A stretch of DNA of 62,989 bases, filler included, from Octopus bimaculoides (lineage: Eukaryota), in NCBI RefSeq assembly GCF_001194135.2. It is 7 parts of 7 records of this genome, joined end to end, with 100 filler letters (N's around TTAATTAATTAA, not from the genome) between each part and the next. Parts side by side here need not be neighbours in the genome. Positions count along the whole stretch, not along the records: positions 11,548 to 24,929 come from NC_068997.1; positions 25,030 to 48,483 come from NC_068994.1; 5 more parts are not named here. One strand, written 5' to 3'. The translations under genes and the position numbers were made by a program. Every line of letters starts with the position of its first letter. Position 1 is the stretch's first letter. Positions 12,701 to 25,154 of the stretch are shown piece by piece. The notes beneath the pieces were generated by a model. The model searched no databases, was not told the origin of the DNA, and worked only from the letters and a program-made list of their open reading frames with translations.

Positions 12701-14224
12701 GCTAAGTTATAAAAAAAAAAAAAGTAAACAAATTAACCATGAAGCTACAATACGTACTAGAGCTGGCCGGAGGTAAAGAATACGCACACCACCCGTTTTC
12801 GGCGTAACAAAAACCCTAAACACCGGGGAGTAGCTTAATAAAGGTTGCCTGCATGCGTGCGCACGTGCATATGTGTGTGCGTGCGCACGTTTATTGTTTT
12901 AAGGAACCACTGGCATTCTTTGATTTGAGGACAGGTCAATTACTCCAGCTCTAAGCAACCTTGCTAAACTTAAAGGGATACGTTAGATACGAGAGGTTCA
13001 TAGCAGGAATGCTGATCATAGGTTTACTTATTCGGGGTTGGCCTGGGGTTAAACAACAACAACAACAACATCCCTCGATCTATAACTCTCTTACTTAAAA
13101 ATAGTTCTGTATCCATCACATGCAACAGAGAGTGATCTTTACCATTTGGAGAAGAGGGCACTCAGAAGTGGACATTAAGGGGAAACGTGTGTAGGGGGAG
13201 AGTTTAATAAGGGCTGCGTGCGCGCGCGTGTGTGTATGTTTGTGTGCGCGCATGTGTATGTCGTTGCAAGGAATCATTCCCAAACTTCCTTTGACTCGGC
13301 TGTAAGGTTAATTATACTAATTATCGTTTATTGATTCAGTTCCGCTCTCTACAGCATCAGAAAACCACTTTCCTGATCACATGAGGCTTACGTAATGGAG
13401 GAAATGTTAAAACAACAATAAAACAACGACAACAACAACACCGACGGCGGCGGCGGCGATGATGATGACGATGACAACGACTACAACATCATCAGTGGTG
13501 CTCCAGACATGTTTCAAACATGGGAACTGGGTCAAGAGTAAGTCGTTGCGTTTCGTTAGGGACATCATTCTTTGTGATAATGTCATTACAGGAAAATTAA
13601 AATGAAATAATTAAAGAAAATCACAGCAAGTGTATTTTTTAATTTAACGCGCGCGCGCACACACAGAGGGGGGAGGGTCCCAAGTATCGTCGGTAGGGGT
13701 TAAGTTCTCATACGAAAACCTAATACTTAAATATTACTATAGAAAGGTGGGGGCACAGCTGTTGTTGGTAAAAAGCGAGGTTCCACATTCTGCGCCTCTG
13801 AGAAGGAAAGAGAAAGAAGGAAAAGAAAAGGAAAAACAAAAGGAGGGGAAAAGAGCAAGAGCTAAAGGAAGAGGGGGAGAGCCGAGAGGACGAAAAGGCG
13901 GAGGAGGACGAAGAAGAAAAACAAGAAGAGAAAAGAGAAGAAAAAAGAGGTGGCGACGATGATGGAGTAGAAGAATTGGCTGATCAGAGTACAAAGTGAG
14001 TCTAAGACTGATCATTTCTCCGTTACTTGTTTTAGTAATTGTAATGTGGCCATGCATGGGGCCCCACATTGATTTTTTTAGTCAAATCACTCGAACGCAG
14101 TACTTACTTTTATTCAATCGGTGTCTTCCGCTGAACCGTTAAGTTACGAGGACGTAGGCACACCAACACCGGTTGTCAAGCGGTGGTGATGGGACATAAA
14201 TTCACCCCCCCCCATATACATATA

Positions 14225-14310
14225 TACGAGGGTGTGCTGAAAAATTCCTGGCTTTGGGTTAAAGAAAACACAGGAGGATCAGTTAATTATGATGTTATTC
14301 AACACATCCC
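14225..14310 (+). mobile_element. Mariner-type terminal inverted repeat fragment
   Basis: TA-CGAGGGTGTGCTGAAAAATTCCTGGCTTT after a TA dinucleotide; truncated by a gap. Confidence 0.5.
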
Positions 14311-14680
14311 CCCCNNNNNNNNNNNNNNNNNNNNNNNNNNNNNNNNNNNNNNNNNNNNNNNNNNNNNNNNNNNNNNNNNNNNNNNNNNNNNNNNNNNNNN
14401 NNNNNNNNNNNNNNNNNNNNNNNNNNNNNNNNNNNNNNNNNNNNNNNNNNNNNNNNNNNNNNNNNNNNNNNNNNNNNNNNNNNNNNNNNNNNNNNNNNNN
14501 NNNNNNNNNNNNNNNNNNNNNNNNNNNNNNNNNNNNNNNNNNNNNNNNNNNNNNNNNNNNNNNNNNNNNNNNNNNNNNNNNNNNNNNNNNNNNNNNNNNN
14601 NNNNNNNNNNNNNNNNNNNNNNNNNNNNNNNNNNNNNNNNNNNNNNNNNNNNNNNNNNNNNNNNNNNNNNNNNNNNNNNN

Positions 14681-16161
14681 GTGCGTGCGTGCGTGCGTGC
14701 GTGCGTGTGTGTATATTCCTTATGCATTCCAAAACCGAGTTACAGATTTTGACGTATGGGGTATCAAAAGATTCAGTACTATTTCGGTTACAAATTAAAC
14801 TTAATTTCCATTCATATATATTTGCATTTCAAAAATTTAACATTATAATCTTTTCCGTAAATCAACTGTCTTAAACATTTTATACGATGACGTCACATTT
14901 TCCATGTGTGTGTGTACCTTAATAGACATGAATCATCACGACACACACCTTCACTCACACTCTCTCTCTCTCTTTATCAATCCCTTTCTCTCTCACACAC
15001 GCGCAAGCGTCCATTTCATATAGACGTACATACATCCTCCACTTTCTTTCTCTCTGTCCTTTTCGCTTTCTCTTCTTTCAATTTCTGCTCTCATCAAATA
15101 AATTTTTATGGAATGAGCGGGAGAAACACAGAAAAGACGCAATCTCTCCAGAAACAAGTATAAAACAAGGAGGATTGTGGAAAACCGAAGGCAGGAGTCT
15201 GAAGAGAGATGAGATTTTCTCAAGATCAGCAAATGCATGTTGCAGCACTTCTGCTGGATCATTAAATCAATGGTTAATGATTAGACAGAGGTCCAGTAGA
15301 ATAACTCTCAGAAACAGACTACGTACAAATTCGTTCTTCACAACTCCTGAAGCTGTTTTCAGATATGATCCATCCCATTCTTATAAANNNNNNNNNNAAC
15401 AGACTACGTACAAATTCGTTCTTCACAACTCCTGAAGCTGTTTTCAGATATGATCCATCCCATTCTTATAAAAATAATAACTCTGTCCAAATTGGTGTGC
15501 TAAACACAAATGGTCTTTTCTGTAGAGCTTTAAAATTTTCTAATGAAACAAATGGTATGTGCTGCTCAGGTGGTCAGGTAACATTGCCAGCACTACCAGC
15601 TCCTTCTCAACCTCTTGTGGATCTTCTAGAGGGCATTTCCATCCAGTCAAAGGATTTTCGGAACAATATCAAACAACGTAACTCTGCAAATAACATCGTT
15701 TGGTGTATCTAAGAAGATAAACATGAATTTACGACGATGTCGAAGGGCAAGTCTATCACCTCATTGGTTCCCTGTTACCCACAAATGAATAAAGTGTTCC
15801 TCCAAATTTACTTTGAGTGATGTAGGACAACAAACCCGAAGGAGGTGTTAACATTTCAGATGATAGGTCATGTTAGCCACAACGCTGACTGCTGCAAAAG
15901 AGAGTATATCCACTGACAGCTTTTCGGTGCGTTCAAAAATCACATACCCCCCACCTCCAATTTTCCATGACAGGTTAAGGCCTGAAATATTCTAAACGGA
16001 CGCATAACATGTTGCTTAGTCGAATTAGGCCAGCATTTACTCCACAAATGTTTTGTTGTCAATGTTGCACTTTCCCATATCACCTATTTCAACATAACTG
16101 TAATATATTATATACAAACTATGCCATTTTAATACCGAGGAACGCCGGGTATCTCTGCTAG
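14681..16161 (+). mobile_element. Internally deleted Helitron with RepHel N-terminal relic and intact 3' terminus
   Basis: RepHel-like peptides (next feature), a subterminal hairpin TACCGAGGAACGCCGGGTA at 16133-16151, then CTAG at 16158-16161 followed by T. The 5' terminus probably lies in the gap 14315-14680. Confidence 0.75.
15175..15820 (+). pseudogene. Helitron RepHel N-terminal coding relic
   Basis: AVFRYDPSHSY...IGVLNTNGLFCRALKFSNETNGMCCSGGQVTLPALPAPSQPLVDLLEG...DFRNNIKQRNSA, then EGQVYHLIGSLLP (15742-15780) and FLQIYF (15797-15814), all matching Helitron N-terminal motifs. Confidence 0.85.
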
Positions 16162-16251
16162 TATATATATATATAAAATTGAAATGAATGTGCATGTGTG
16201 TATGTACGTGCAAAGCCAGTGTACTTACTCGCTTGCCCTGAATATTAATAA

Positions 16252-16284
<33 letters not shown>

Positions 16285-16322
16285 AATGCATAGATATGTG
16301 TGTGTGTGTGTGTAAGGTACGT

Positions 16323-16597
16323 GTTAGTCTTTCTCTCTATGCAACTTATTAATAACCTTTCAGTGACTCTACACGTCAGTATCATTTTCTTGAGCATCAA
16401 TTAATTACAAATTACAAATTACAATTGCTATAACAGACAGACATAGATATATTTCGTACATGCCATAATGGTTTTAATAATACAATTACATAAGTCGATG
16501 TAATTGCTTCGTAATTCCCCAGCTCCGATATCTCTGACATATGATCGGCGGCGTTCCACCCGTGACCATCCCATCACCCTGCTCGTTAGCTTCCAAG
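16323..16597 (+). repeat. Left arm of a ~270-bp diverged inverted repeat (partner 18975-19243)
   Basis: 16473-16529 (57 nt) is the exact reverse complement of a segment near 19044-19100; similarity extends across both arms. Confidence 0.85.
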
Positions 16598-17762
16598 CTG
16601 TAACGTTCATTTAATTTGCTCATTATTGATGTCTGTTATTAAAATATTTTTGTCATTTTCGTATGTCAGTATTGTATAATTCCATGTCAGTCTTGTTTGA
16701 GCAGACCTATATTCAAAGCCGTTCCAGCTATGACCGTCCTGTGTATTATTCATTATGTATGTTTAAGATCCTATTATTTAATCTATCCTTCTTTCCCTTA
16801 AAATAATAAACTGTGTTTTAATTAGAAAATTGAATTTGGCTGCTATTTCTGACAAGTTGGACGGCTACGTACCAGCTCTCTCATTGGCTTGGCCTCATCA
16901 TTAGAGCGTCGGAAAAATGCCCAACGGTATTTCTTCTGGATTATTATATCACGAGTTCAAATCCCACCGAGGTTGACTTTGTCTTTCATTCCTCCTGGGT
17001 CGATGAAATAAAGCATTAATCGAGTACAGGGAGCTCAGTAGCATCGACTAATCTTTCTTCAAAGTTAATGGTCTGGTGTCTAAACTAAAAACCATTATAT
17101 TCTTATGTTGTTCCTAGTGTTGTCTAGCCCTAAGTAGGCTCTGATCAAGCATGTTACCAAAAGCGCTCCAGCTACGACCATCCATTCATTTTGAACATCA
17201 GAGACTACACTGTCTAGTGAGTCATTTTTTTTTCTCTAGACAGTAGAGTACGATTTGAGAGAGATTTTGGTTTTGGTTTCTATTTCTAGTGAGTCAAGTG
17301 ACCGTTTAGAGACCCGCTCATTGTCCCATGGTGTTATTATACTGTAGATATTATCTGGCGATCAGATTTTGGTCCCCACTTTTAGTATTCGATTGTAGGC
17401 TGCTGAGAATCATATCTGGAACAGGCCACGCCCCCTTGATATTCACGGTAACATTAAGACCTGTGATCAGCCCTCGGTGTACATCGGGGTTTCAGTCACA
17501 GGTTATACACTTCGATGCTGTGCTGTATCCCTATATCCAGTATTCGATTGTAGTCGAGAACCACATCTGAGTGGGAACATACCGTTGATAGTTAGGGTAA
17601 CCTCACACGTATGAGTGACTCTCAGCAGATGTCAGTGAAGTAACTGTCACACGTTACACACTGTGGTACCATGCTGAATCTACCAGCCTGGAACATGACT
17701 AATAAAGAAATAAAACTTAACCTCTGAAAGAATTCCTCTTCTTCTTACTATTATTATTATTA

Positions 17763-17985
17763 GGGCAGCGAGCTGGCAGAATCGTTAGCACGTCGGGCAA
17801 AATGCTTAGCGGCATTTCGTCCGTCCTAACGTTCTGAGTTCAAATTCCATCGAGGTCGACTTTGCTTTTAATCCTTTCAGGGTCGACGAAATAAGTACCA
17901 GTTACGCACTGGGTCGATGTAATTGACTAGCCCCCTCTCTCAAAATTTCAGGCTTTGTGCCTATAGTGGGAAGGATTATTATTAC
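17763..17985 (+). mobile_element. tRNA-derived SINE family A, near full length
   Basis: GGCAGCGAGCTGGCAGAATCGTTAGC (A-box-like), GAGTTCAAATTCC (B-box), GTCGACTTTGCT...GGGTCGAC.AAATAAGTACCAGT core, TAT tail. Partial copies at about 16905-17090, 17990-18170, 32050-32150, 39720-40760. Confidence 0.8.
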
Positions 17986-18974
17986 GTCGGACAAAATGCT
18001 CCGCAGCGTTTCTTCCGACATGTTTTTACGTTCTGAGTTCAAATTCTGATGAAATCGAGTTTGCTTTTATCCTTTTGGAGTCGATAAAAGAAGTACTGGG
18101 GGTTGATGTAATCGACTAGCCCACTCCACAAGTTTAAGGCCTTGTGGCAACCATAGAAAAGATTGTTAATGAAACTTGAAATTTACAAAAAAAAATAAAT
18201 AAATAAAAATGAATTGTGATACGCGTCAGTCTGTATGTGTACGAGTCCACCATATTAAATAACAATACAATCGTAATCTATACACTCTAAAAGGTATTTG
18301 AAGAAAATTTCATTTCCCTGAAAAATATGAGGAAACAAAGCCGACTTACGTGAATTTTCCGAAACTCCGACCCTCGGAAAAAAATTTCACCACAAATTCC
18401 GTTGTAATCGGAATCTATACCATCTGAAGCGTATTTGGAGAAAATTTCATTAAAAATATCCATTATTCTGGAATTTATGAGGCAAGGAAGTCGCGGTNNN
18501 NNNNNNNNNNNNNNNNNNNNNNNNNNNNNNNNNNNNNNNNNNNNNNNNNNNNNNNNNNNNNNNNNNNNNNNNNNNNNNNNNNNNNGGGGCACTTGTGTAG
18601 TTATGCCAGTTGTTACTATCACGAGACGAATGCATCACATTAGGGTAGCTAGAATGTGTGCCGCTTGGGACACCCCTTGAGTTAGCCGCATCCCCTCCTC
18701 GGACACCCAAGCCTATATAATTTTATGCAGCATACTCAAAAGTGGGGCCCCTGTAAAAAAAGCGTTGCCCGGCTCGGACCGTACTCCCTCCCCCGTCCAC
18801 AGCTACACTACAGGTGAGGGGGGGGGGTCATCGACTCCCCCAAACAATGAAACGGCATAGCTGACCTTGGCGAGATTTGAACTCAGAACATAGAGAACCA
18901 GAATCAATATTGCAAGGAGGCATCTTTTTGCAATTCGCTAATCAATATCGAGCGGATTTTAATATCGATGCAAT

Positions 18975-19243
18975 TGAAAGCTGGGGAAAAGAAGGGTGAT
19001 GGGATGGTCGCATGTGGAACGCTGTTGATCATATGTCAGTTAGATCGGAGCTGGGGGAATTACGAAGCAATTACATCGACTTATGTAATTGTATTATTAA
19101 AGCCATTATGGCATGTAAGAAATATATCTATGTCTGTCTGTTGTAGCAATTGTAATTTGTAATTAATTGATGCTAGAGAAAATGATACTGCCGTGCGTGG
19201 AGTCACTGAAAGGTCATTAATAAGTTAGATAGAAAGACTAACG
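18975..19243 (-). repeat. Right arm of the ~270-bp inverted repeat (partner 16323-16597)
   Basis: See left arm. Confidence 0.85.
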
Positions 19244-19596
19244 CATACACACACACACACAGAGATTGATACATACGCACATATATGCACTGAAACATAT
19301 ATGATGGCAGGCATGTACATACACAAGGAAAACACGAATATACAGAAACACGTACATATAAATACACACAAAATAAATGTAAAGATACATATATACATGA
19401 CAGACACATATATTACATTCACATACACATGTATGTATACATATATACATACATACATACATGCATGCATACATGGGATACGGTGAATATATTGTCGTCT
19501 AAATTACGCAAAAATGAAAATAACATTGACATCTCATTTTAACAGATATATTTACCAAACATACATTAAAATATCTTGAAATACTAAAGAGGAAAT

Positions 19597-20215
19597 TTAT
19601 TCAGTAAAATCGCCATTGGCTTCAACCACGGCCTCCAGACGACTTTGGAATCTCCTGCAACTCTTCTGGATGGTCTCTTTGTTTAAGTTGGTGAATGCTG
19701 CCATAACCCTTGCCTTCAGTTCATCTTTGGTGTCAACAAGGAGTTTTGTTGGCCTCTCGCTCAAATGCGTCCCACACATAATAATCAAGAGGGTTGCAGT
19801 CTGGGGAGTTAGGTGGCCAGATGTTACGGGTGAGGTGGTCGCAGAAATTGTCTGACAGCCATGACTGGGTTCTCCTGCTGGTGTGGCCTGTTGTCAGACA
19901 TAGGGTCTTCCAGCAGCCACTCTCTTGACCCAGGGTAGCACTACCTCCTCCAGGCACTTGAGGTAGGTCTTCGTATTGAGTCTGAGGCCGTGTAGGGAGA
20001 TGGAAGCATAACGTCGCCATCACTAGTGACCACTCCAAACACCATGATGTTGACTGGATGTTTAATTTTTATCACACTTGGTACATGTCCTCATGTCGCA
20101 GTGTCTTCAGACTGACACCCGAACATTCTGAAATGGTCGTATTGGAGCTTCCGGTGCGCATGCCAAGCAGTACAGCATATCGTTTCCAAACTTCCGGCAG
20201 AGTGAATTGCCCCAT
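19597..20215 (-). mobile_element. Tc1/mariner transposase relic, maT (DD37D)-like, internally deleted
   Basis: MGQFTLPEVWKRYAVLLG (ATG at 20215), KHPVNIMVFGVVTSDGD, GRPYV*QQ with the second Asp deleted, HTSRRTQSWL...WPPNSPDCNPLDYYVW, and C-terminal DELKARVMAAF...LEAVVEANGDF. The third catalytic residue is D. Confidence 0.85.
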
Positions 20216-20396
20216 GGTGCTGTTTTTCTCAAAGTCGGTGTTCAACTAACCCTACTATACTGTGTGGTCGACAAAATCAAAAACAAAGCGCAGGTGTGAA
20301 ATTGGCGACCGATCGATATATATACACACAAACATATGAACACATTATATACTTACGTGTGTTTGAGCATATAATTGTGTGTATAAATATATATCG

Positions 20397-20448
<52 letters not shown>

Positions 20449-22216
20449 NNNNNNNNNNNNNNNNNNNNNNNNNNNNNNNNNNNNNNNNNNNNNNNNNNNN
20501 NNNNNNNNNNNNNNNNNNNNNNNNNNNNNNNNNNNNNNNNNNNNNNNNNNNNNNNNNNNNNNNNNNNNNNNNNNNNNNNNNNNNNNNNNNNNNNNNNNNN
20601 NNNNNNNNNNNNNNNNNNNNNNNNNNNNNNNNNNNNNNNNNNNNNNNNNNNNNNNNNNNNNNNNNNNNNNNNNNNNNNNNNNNNNNNNNNNNNNNNNNNN
20701 NNNNNACAGATGAACAGACCAGCGGCTTAGTCTCTCATAACTATCCCATGTTTTTTTTCCCTTCAAAGCAATATTTGTTTTAACTACAGATGAACAGACC
20801 AGCGGCTTAGTCTCTCATAACTTTCTGAAAAATGGATATTTTTTAATGAAATTTTCTACGAAGCTGTGTGGTAAGAAGTTTGCTTCTCAACTACATGGTT
20901 CCAGGTTCAGTCCCAGGGTATGGCACCTTGGGCAAGTGTTTTCGACTATAGCCTCAGTTTTTGTAGAAGACACTTGCCCAAAGTGTGACGCAGTGGGAAT
21001 GAACCCGGAATCATGTGGTTGGGAAGCAAACTTCATACCACCCAGCTAAGCATGTAGAAACTTTTATCTAAACCTACGCGTTTTCAGAAAGTTATGAGGA
21101 AACAAAGTCGATGAGGGGGAGTGGAAACACATCTGTAGTTATTGCCTCTTAACCATGAGTACGTTGTGATTATCTATTCCTGATATTTTTGTTTATAAGA
21201 CGGCGGATGTGATTCGAGGAGTGAATAAGTTGCTGTTTCTAATCGACGGAGCAAAAATGTCAAATACATCAAAATAGTTTTACATGGGGGCCTGGCAGGG
21301 TTGAACTAGATCTACCTGGTTGAGTCGTCGGAGTGTCAGGAAAAGTGCTTGTGATATCAGCATAATATATTCAAAATCTATCGCAATTAACGTTGCCCTT
21401 CAGCCTTCCGGGGTGAGGGTGGGGCGGGTCGATGAAAGCGCCCCCCACCCGCGCGTTTGTTTCTCTTTTCTTGCTCCTTCCGTTCCCTTTACCATTTCCT
21501 CCTCTCTTCTCACTCCTCCCCTTCCCCTCTCTCTCACTCTGGTCCACTAACCCATTCGTTCAACGTTTCGATACTAAGGACATATAAAACGCTGCTACCC
21601 TCGTTAAGTAGTAAGTAGAACCTCCAACCCTATCCGCAACAAAACGACTTCGGTCTGTTTCTCTGTCCGTCTCTGTCTGTCTCTCTCTCTCTATCTCTGT
21701 CTCTCTCTCTCACACACAAATGTGTTGTTGCTCATCCTGAACATCAAAGCACTGCTATAAAAACACATTTCATGCAATCGGACAGACAATGGATAGACGG
21801 ATACGATGAGAAGTGGGTGGCAAAAAAGAGAAGAAAAAATGATGAAGGAAATGTTTGTAGTTGTTAGTGATGGGAGCACGCATTATGTATGTGTGCGCCT
21901 GTCTATCTATCCATCTAGTATGTACAGAAAAGAAGGCCAATCCAGTAGTTAAAATACCGAGGGGTGAGAGTTATTTATGGTTATTACAACTGTTACTTTA
22001 TATCCAGTCATTCGAATTTCACGCTCCCAATCATCAGACAACACACACATTTTTATTATTGAAAACAGTTGGATTCGGCTCTATGCGACATGAAGTTTTG
22101 CAGGCCTCTAAGAAAAGCCCGTCTCTCTCAGGCTTTTGATATGTATTACGACAGGATTCCACTCAGTTTCCGCCAGCCATAATCATTCACAACCGATGCG
22201 GTTGGACTGGAGCGAC

Positions 22217-22450
22217 AGTAGAAACTGGCAGAAGCGTTAGTACGCCGGGCGAAATGCTAAGCGGTATTTCGTCTGCCGTTACGTTCTGAGTTCAAATTCC
22301 GCCGAGGTCGACTTTGCCTTTCATCCTTTCGAGTTCGATAAATTAAGTACCAGTTACGCACTAAGGTTGATGTAATCGACTTAATCCCTCTGTCTGTCTT
22401 TGTTTGTCCCCTCTATGTTTAGCCCCTTGTGGGCAATAAAGAAACAAGAA
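22217..22450 (+). mobile_element. SINE family A, full-length copy
   Basis: Same A/B-box head and GCCGAGGTCGACTTTGCCTTTCATCCTTTCG core as 17763-17985. Other copies at about 40915-41120 (+) and 49215-49395 (-). Confidence 0.8.
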
Positions 22451-23439
22451 ACTACGTGACTGCGAAGCGAACATTGCAGCCACACACCCACACTTGCACC
22501 TCTATCTTTGTTTGTACATATATATATATTAACATTGTCAACTAAATAGAAGATATATTTCGTTGATGAGACCTAATAAGACTGAAATAGTCCGTTGCTT
22601 TCAACTGTTGGCTTTAAACCCAGACCTACACCAATCTATATTCTCTTTAGTTGAAAGATTCCGACCAGCTGATCTTACAGGGGGCTATCTTCATAGTTTA
22701 TTAGTTTTTAGATTGTAAACGCCACAGAGGGAGTCCTTAACTACTAATGGCTTGGCTAAGTTCAGTCAACCGTTGTTTATCATCTTTGTATATTAATTTA
22801 GACAGAATCATATTTGTATTTAATATGCAGAACGCTCTCCCTTGGGGCATTTCGCTATTATATAATGATATTCTCATATGTCACACACAGGTGTGTGCAT
22901 GCGCGTGAATCAGTGTGTGCCTAGATGTAAATTATCTGAGAATGTGTGTGCGTCTGTGTGTGTGTATATAAATGCATATTTCAGGTGTGTGTTTTCGAGT
23001 GTGTATAAGTGAATATGTGTATGGGTGAGTTTACGCGGTCAGTATCAGCACACATGAGGGTAATTGGAGATGGGTAAACGAGATACAGTAGAAAGGGGGA
23101 GGGAGGGAGGGAGGGAGAATACAAAGCGCAGGAGATAACTAGATAGGAACATCGTGAGATAAATGTAGAAAGAGAGAGTGAGAGAGAGAGAGAGACGACA
23201 AAGGAAAAAGCGGTAGTGATAAGGGAAGAGAGGGAGAGAGAGAGAGAGAGATTGAAAGACAGAGTACAAAGTGAGGGGGAGAGGTAGATAGATAGATAAG
23301 GACATAGTGAGATAAATATATAGAGAGAGGACAACAAAAAAAGAGAGAAGTAGATCGATAAGTATATTGAGAGACAGAGAGAGATGGATGAAGAGATGCA
23401 GAGAGAGAGAGAGAAAGAAAGAGAGAGATGGAAGAAGAG

Positions 23440-23476
<37 letters not shown>

Positions 23477-24013
23477 NNNNNNNNNNNNNNNNNNNNNNNN
23501 NNNNNNNNNNNNNNNNNNNNNNNNNNNNNNNNNNNNNNNNNNNNNNNNNNNNNNNNNNNNNNNNNNNNNNNNNNNNNNNNNNNNNNNNNNNNNNNNNNNN
23601 NNNNNNNNNNNNNNNNNNNNNNNNNNNNNNNNNNNNNNNNNNNNNNNNNNNNNNNNNNNNNNNNNNNNNNNNNNNNNNNNNNNNNNNNNNNNNNNNNNNN
23701 NNNNNNNNNNNNNNNNNNNNNNNNNNNNNNNNNNNNNNNNNNNNNNNNNNNNNNNNNNNNNNNNNNNNNNNNNNNNNNNNNNNNNNNNNNNNNNNNNNNN
23801 NNNNNNNNNNNNNNNNNNNNNNNNNNNNNNNNNNNNNNNNNNNNNNGGGGGGGGAGAAAGAAATAAAGAAAGAAAGAGAGAAAGTGCACAATAATGCAAA
23901 CATCAAAAGACTAGCCGAATGGCAGTGACATTTGGAAGTTTGCCGGGCAAAGATCAATAGTAATAAAGGTAAAAGAGGCTGGATGTGCAGAAAGGTATAA
24001 AAGCTATTGTTGC

Positions 24014-24044
<31 letters not shown>

Positions 24045-24309
24045 GGTGGTGGTGTTTAGCCCAAGGTCAGACTTGATCTAGCAGACCCATGATCAAAAAC
24101 ATTTAAGCTATGAAGTCTATCACGTTTCCCCCCCCCCCCATTATTATCCTTCTTTTTATTTGCCTATTTCTGGTATTGTGTGCTCTGGACTGTATTATGT
24201 AATGATATATTCTTCGTTTGAAGGAGATTTGGCTGTTAATTCTAGCAGATCGACTATGTAGAGGCTTTCTTCGGCTTGTTGTAATCTTTACGCGCGCATA
24301 TATGTGCAT

Positions 24310-24480
24310 ACATGGCCGTGTGAGTGCGTGACCCAGTGGTCAGGGTGTTGCACTGACGACTGTGAGATCGTGCGTTCGATTCCCGGAGCAGGCGGAGCGT
24401 TGTGTTCTTGAGCGAAACGTTTCATCTCACGTTTGCTCTGTGATCTTTTTCGACATCCAATGTGTGGCATTTTAGAAAAC
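24310..24480 (+). mobile_element. tRNA-headed SINE fragment
   Basis: GACCCAGTGGTCAGGG...GTTCGATTCCCGGA head followed by TTGTGTTCTTGAGCGAAAC. A related head lies at 56773-56872. Confidence 0.6.
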
Positions 24481-24549
24481 CGGACAGGCAACGTCTGCTC
24501 TATGTACTGAGCGAGCTAATGTACAGCAAAAACATTTGATCACGGATCT

Positions 24550-24929
24550 ATTTCAAAACAAAACGGGGGCACCAGTATTTTCTTAACGAAACACTAACGA
24601 AACACTTTGAAACTTGGGACACTGGTAGAATGTGTCATATAAAACATCTTTTACTCTTAGTCTTCTTAACAAAAAAATGTACATCGCAAGTTATTCCATG
24701 TTAAAGTTGTCGTATTTCTGTAATTTCAACCAATCACTGACGTCTATTCAGCTGAATAGAGTTACTGCTGGGTGGTCATAAAAATGTTATTCCCTGTGAC
24801 ATATTTCATCCGGTTTAATCGTAATTTATACGCATATATTGTTTATATAATAAATTACGCTGTGCGTATCTATGTGTGTAACAATTTTAGAGTTCGGGTT
24901 CTAGAGTTAGGGTTAGTTTTAGGGTTAGG
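24550..24929 (+). repeat. Dispersed repeat ending in a degenerate TTAGGG-like tract at a gap edge
   Basis: GAGTTAGGGTTAGTTTTAGGGTTAGG at 24904-24929 holds only about 3 imperfect units. Confidence 0.45.
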
Positions 24930-25154
24930 NNNNNNNNNNNNNNNNNNNNNNNNNNNNNNNNNNNNNNNNNNNNTTAATTAATTAANNNNNNNNNNNNNNN
25001 NNNNNNNNNNNNNNNNNNNNNNNNNNNNNAAGTTGTTGTCTGCAAGATTCTGGAGCAGTGTTAAAATATGAAGATTTTTTTTGTTTTTTTTTTTCCGATT
25101 GTAAGAAGAATCTCTGCACTCTGCAGAGTGGGGCACTTAATTGGAGAATTGCTT

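Noticed and set aside
12847-12890. Long alternating purine-pyrimidine tract (Z-DNA potential)
   Set aside because: Such (CA/CG/TA) tracts are ubiquitous in this window; nothing distinguishes this one.
15314-15470. Exact ~75-bp direct repeat separated by 10 N
   Set aside because: Contig-end overlap artefact. The same pattern appears at 52087-52250, 4470-4550 and around 52370-53160.
20706-20822. 37-bp direct repeat ACAGATGAACAGACCAGCGGCTTAGTCTCTCATAACT
   Set aside because: Begins exactly at a gap edge; likely a misassembly or a trivial local duplication.
22005-22040. Minus-strand CUGAUGA...GAAAUUCGAAUG
   Set aside because: No stem II, G at the cleavage position and a weak stem I.
24904-24929. 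TTAGGG-like tract near the zinc-finger 3' end
   Set aside because: Only about 3 imperfect units inside a dispersed repeat; not a telomere. Its proximity to the gene spans a gap of unknown size.
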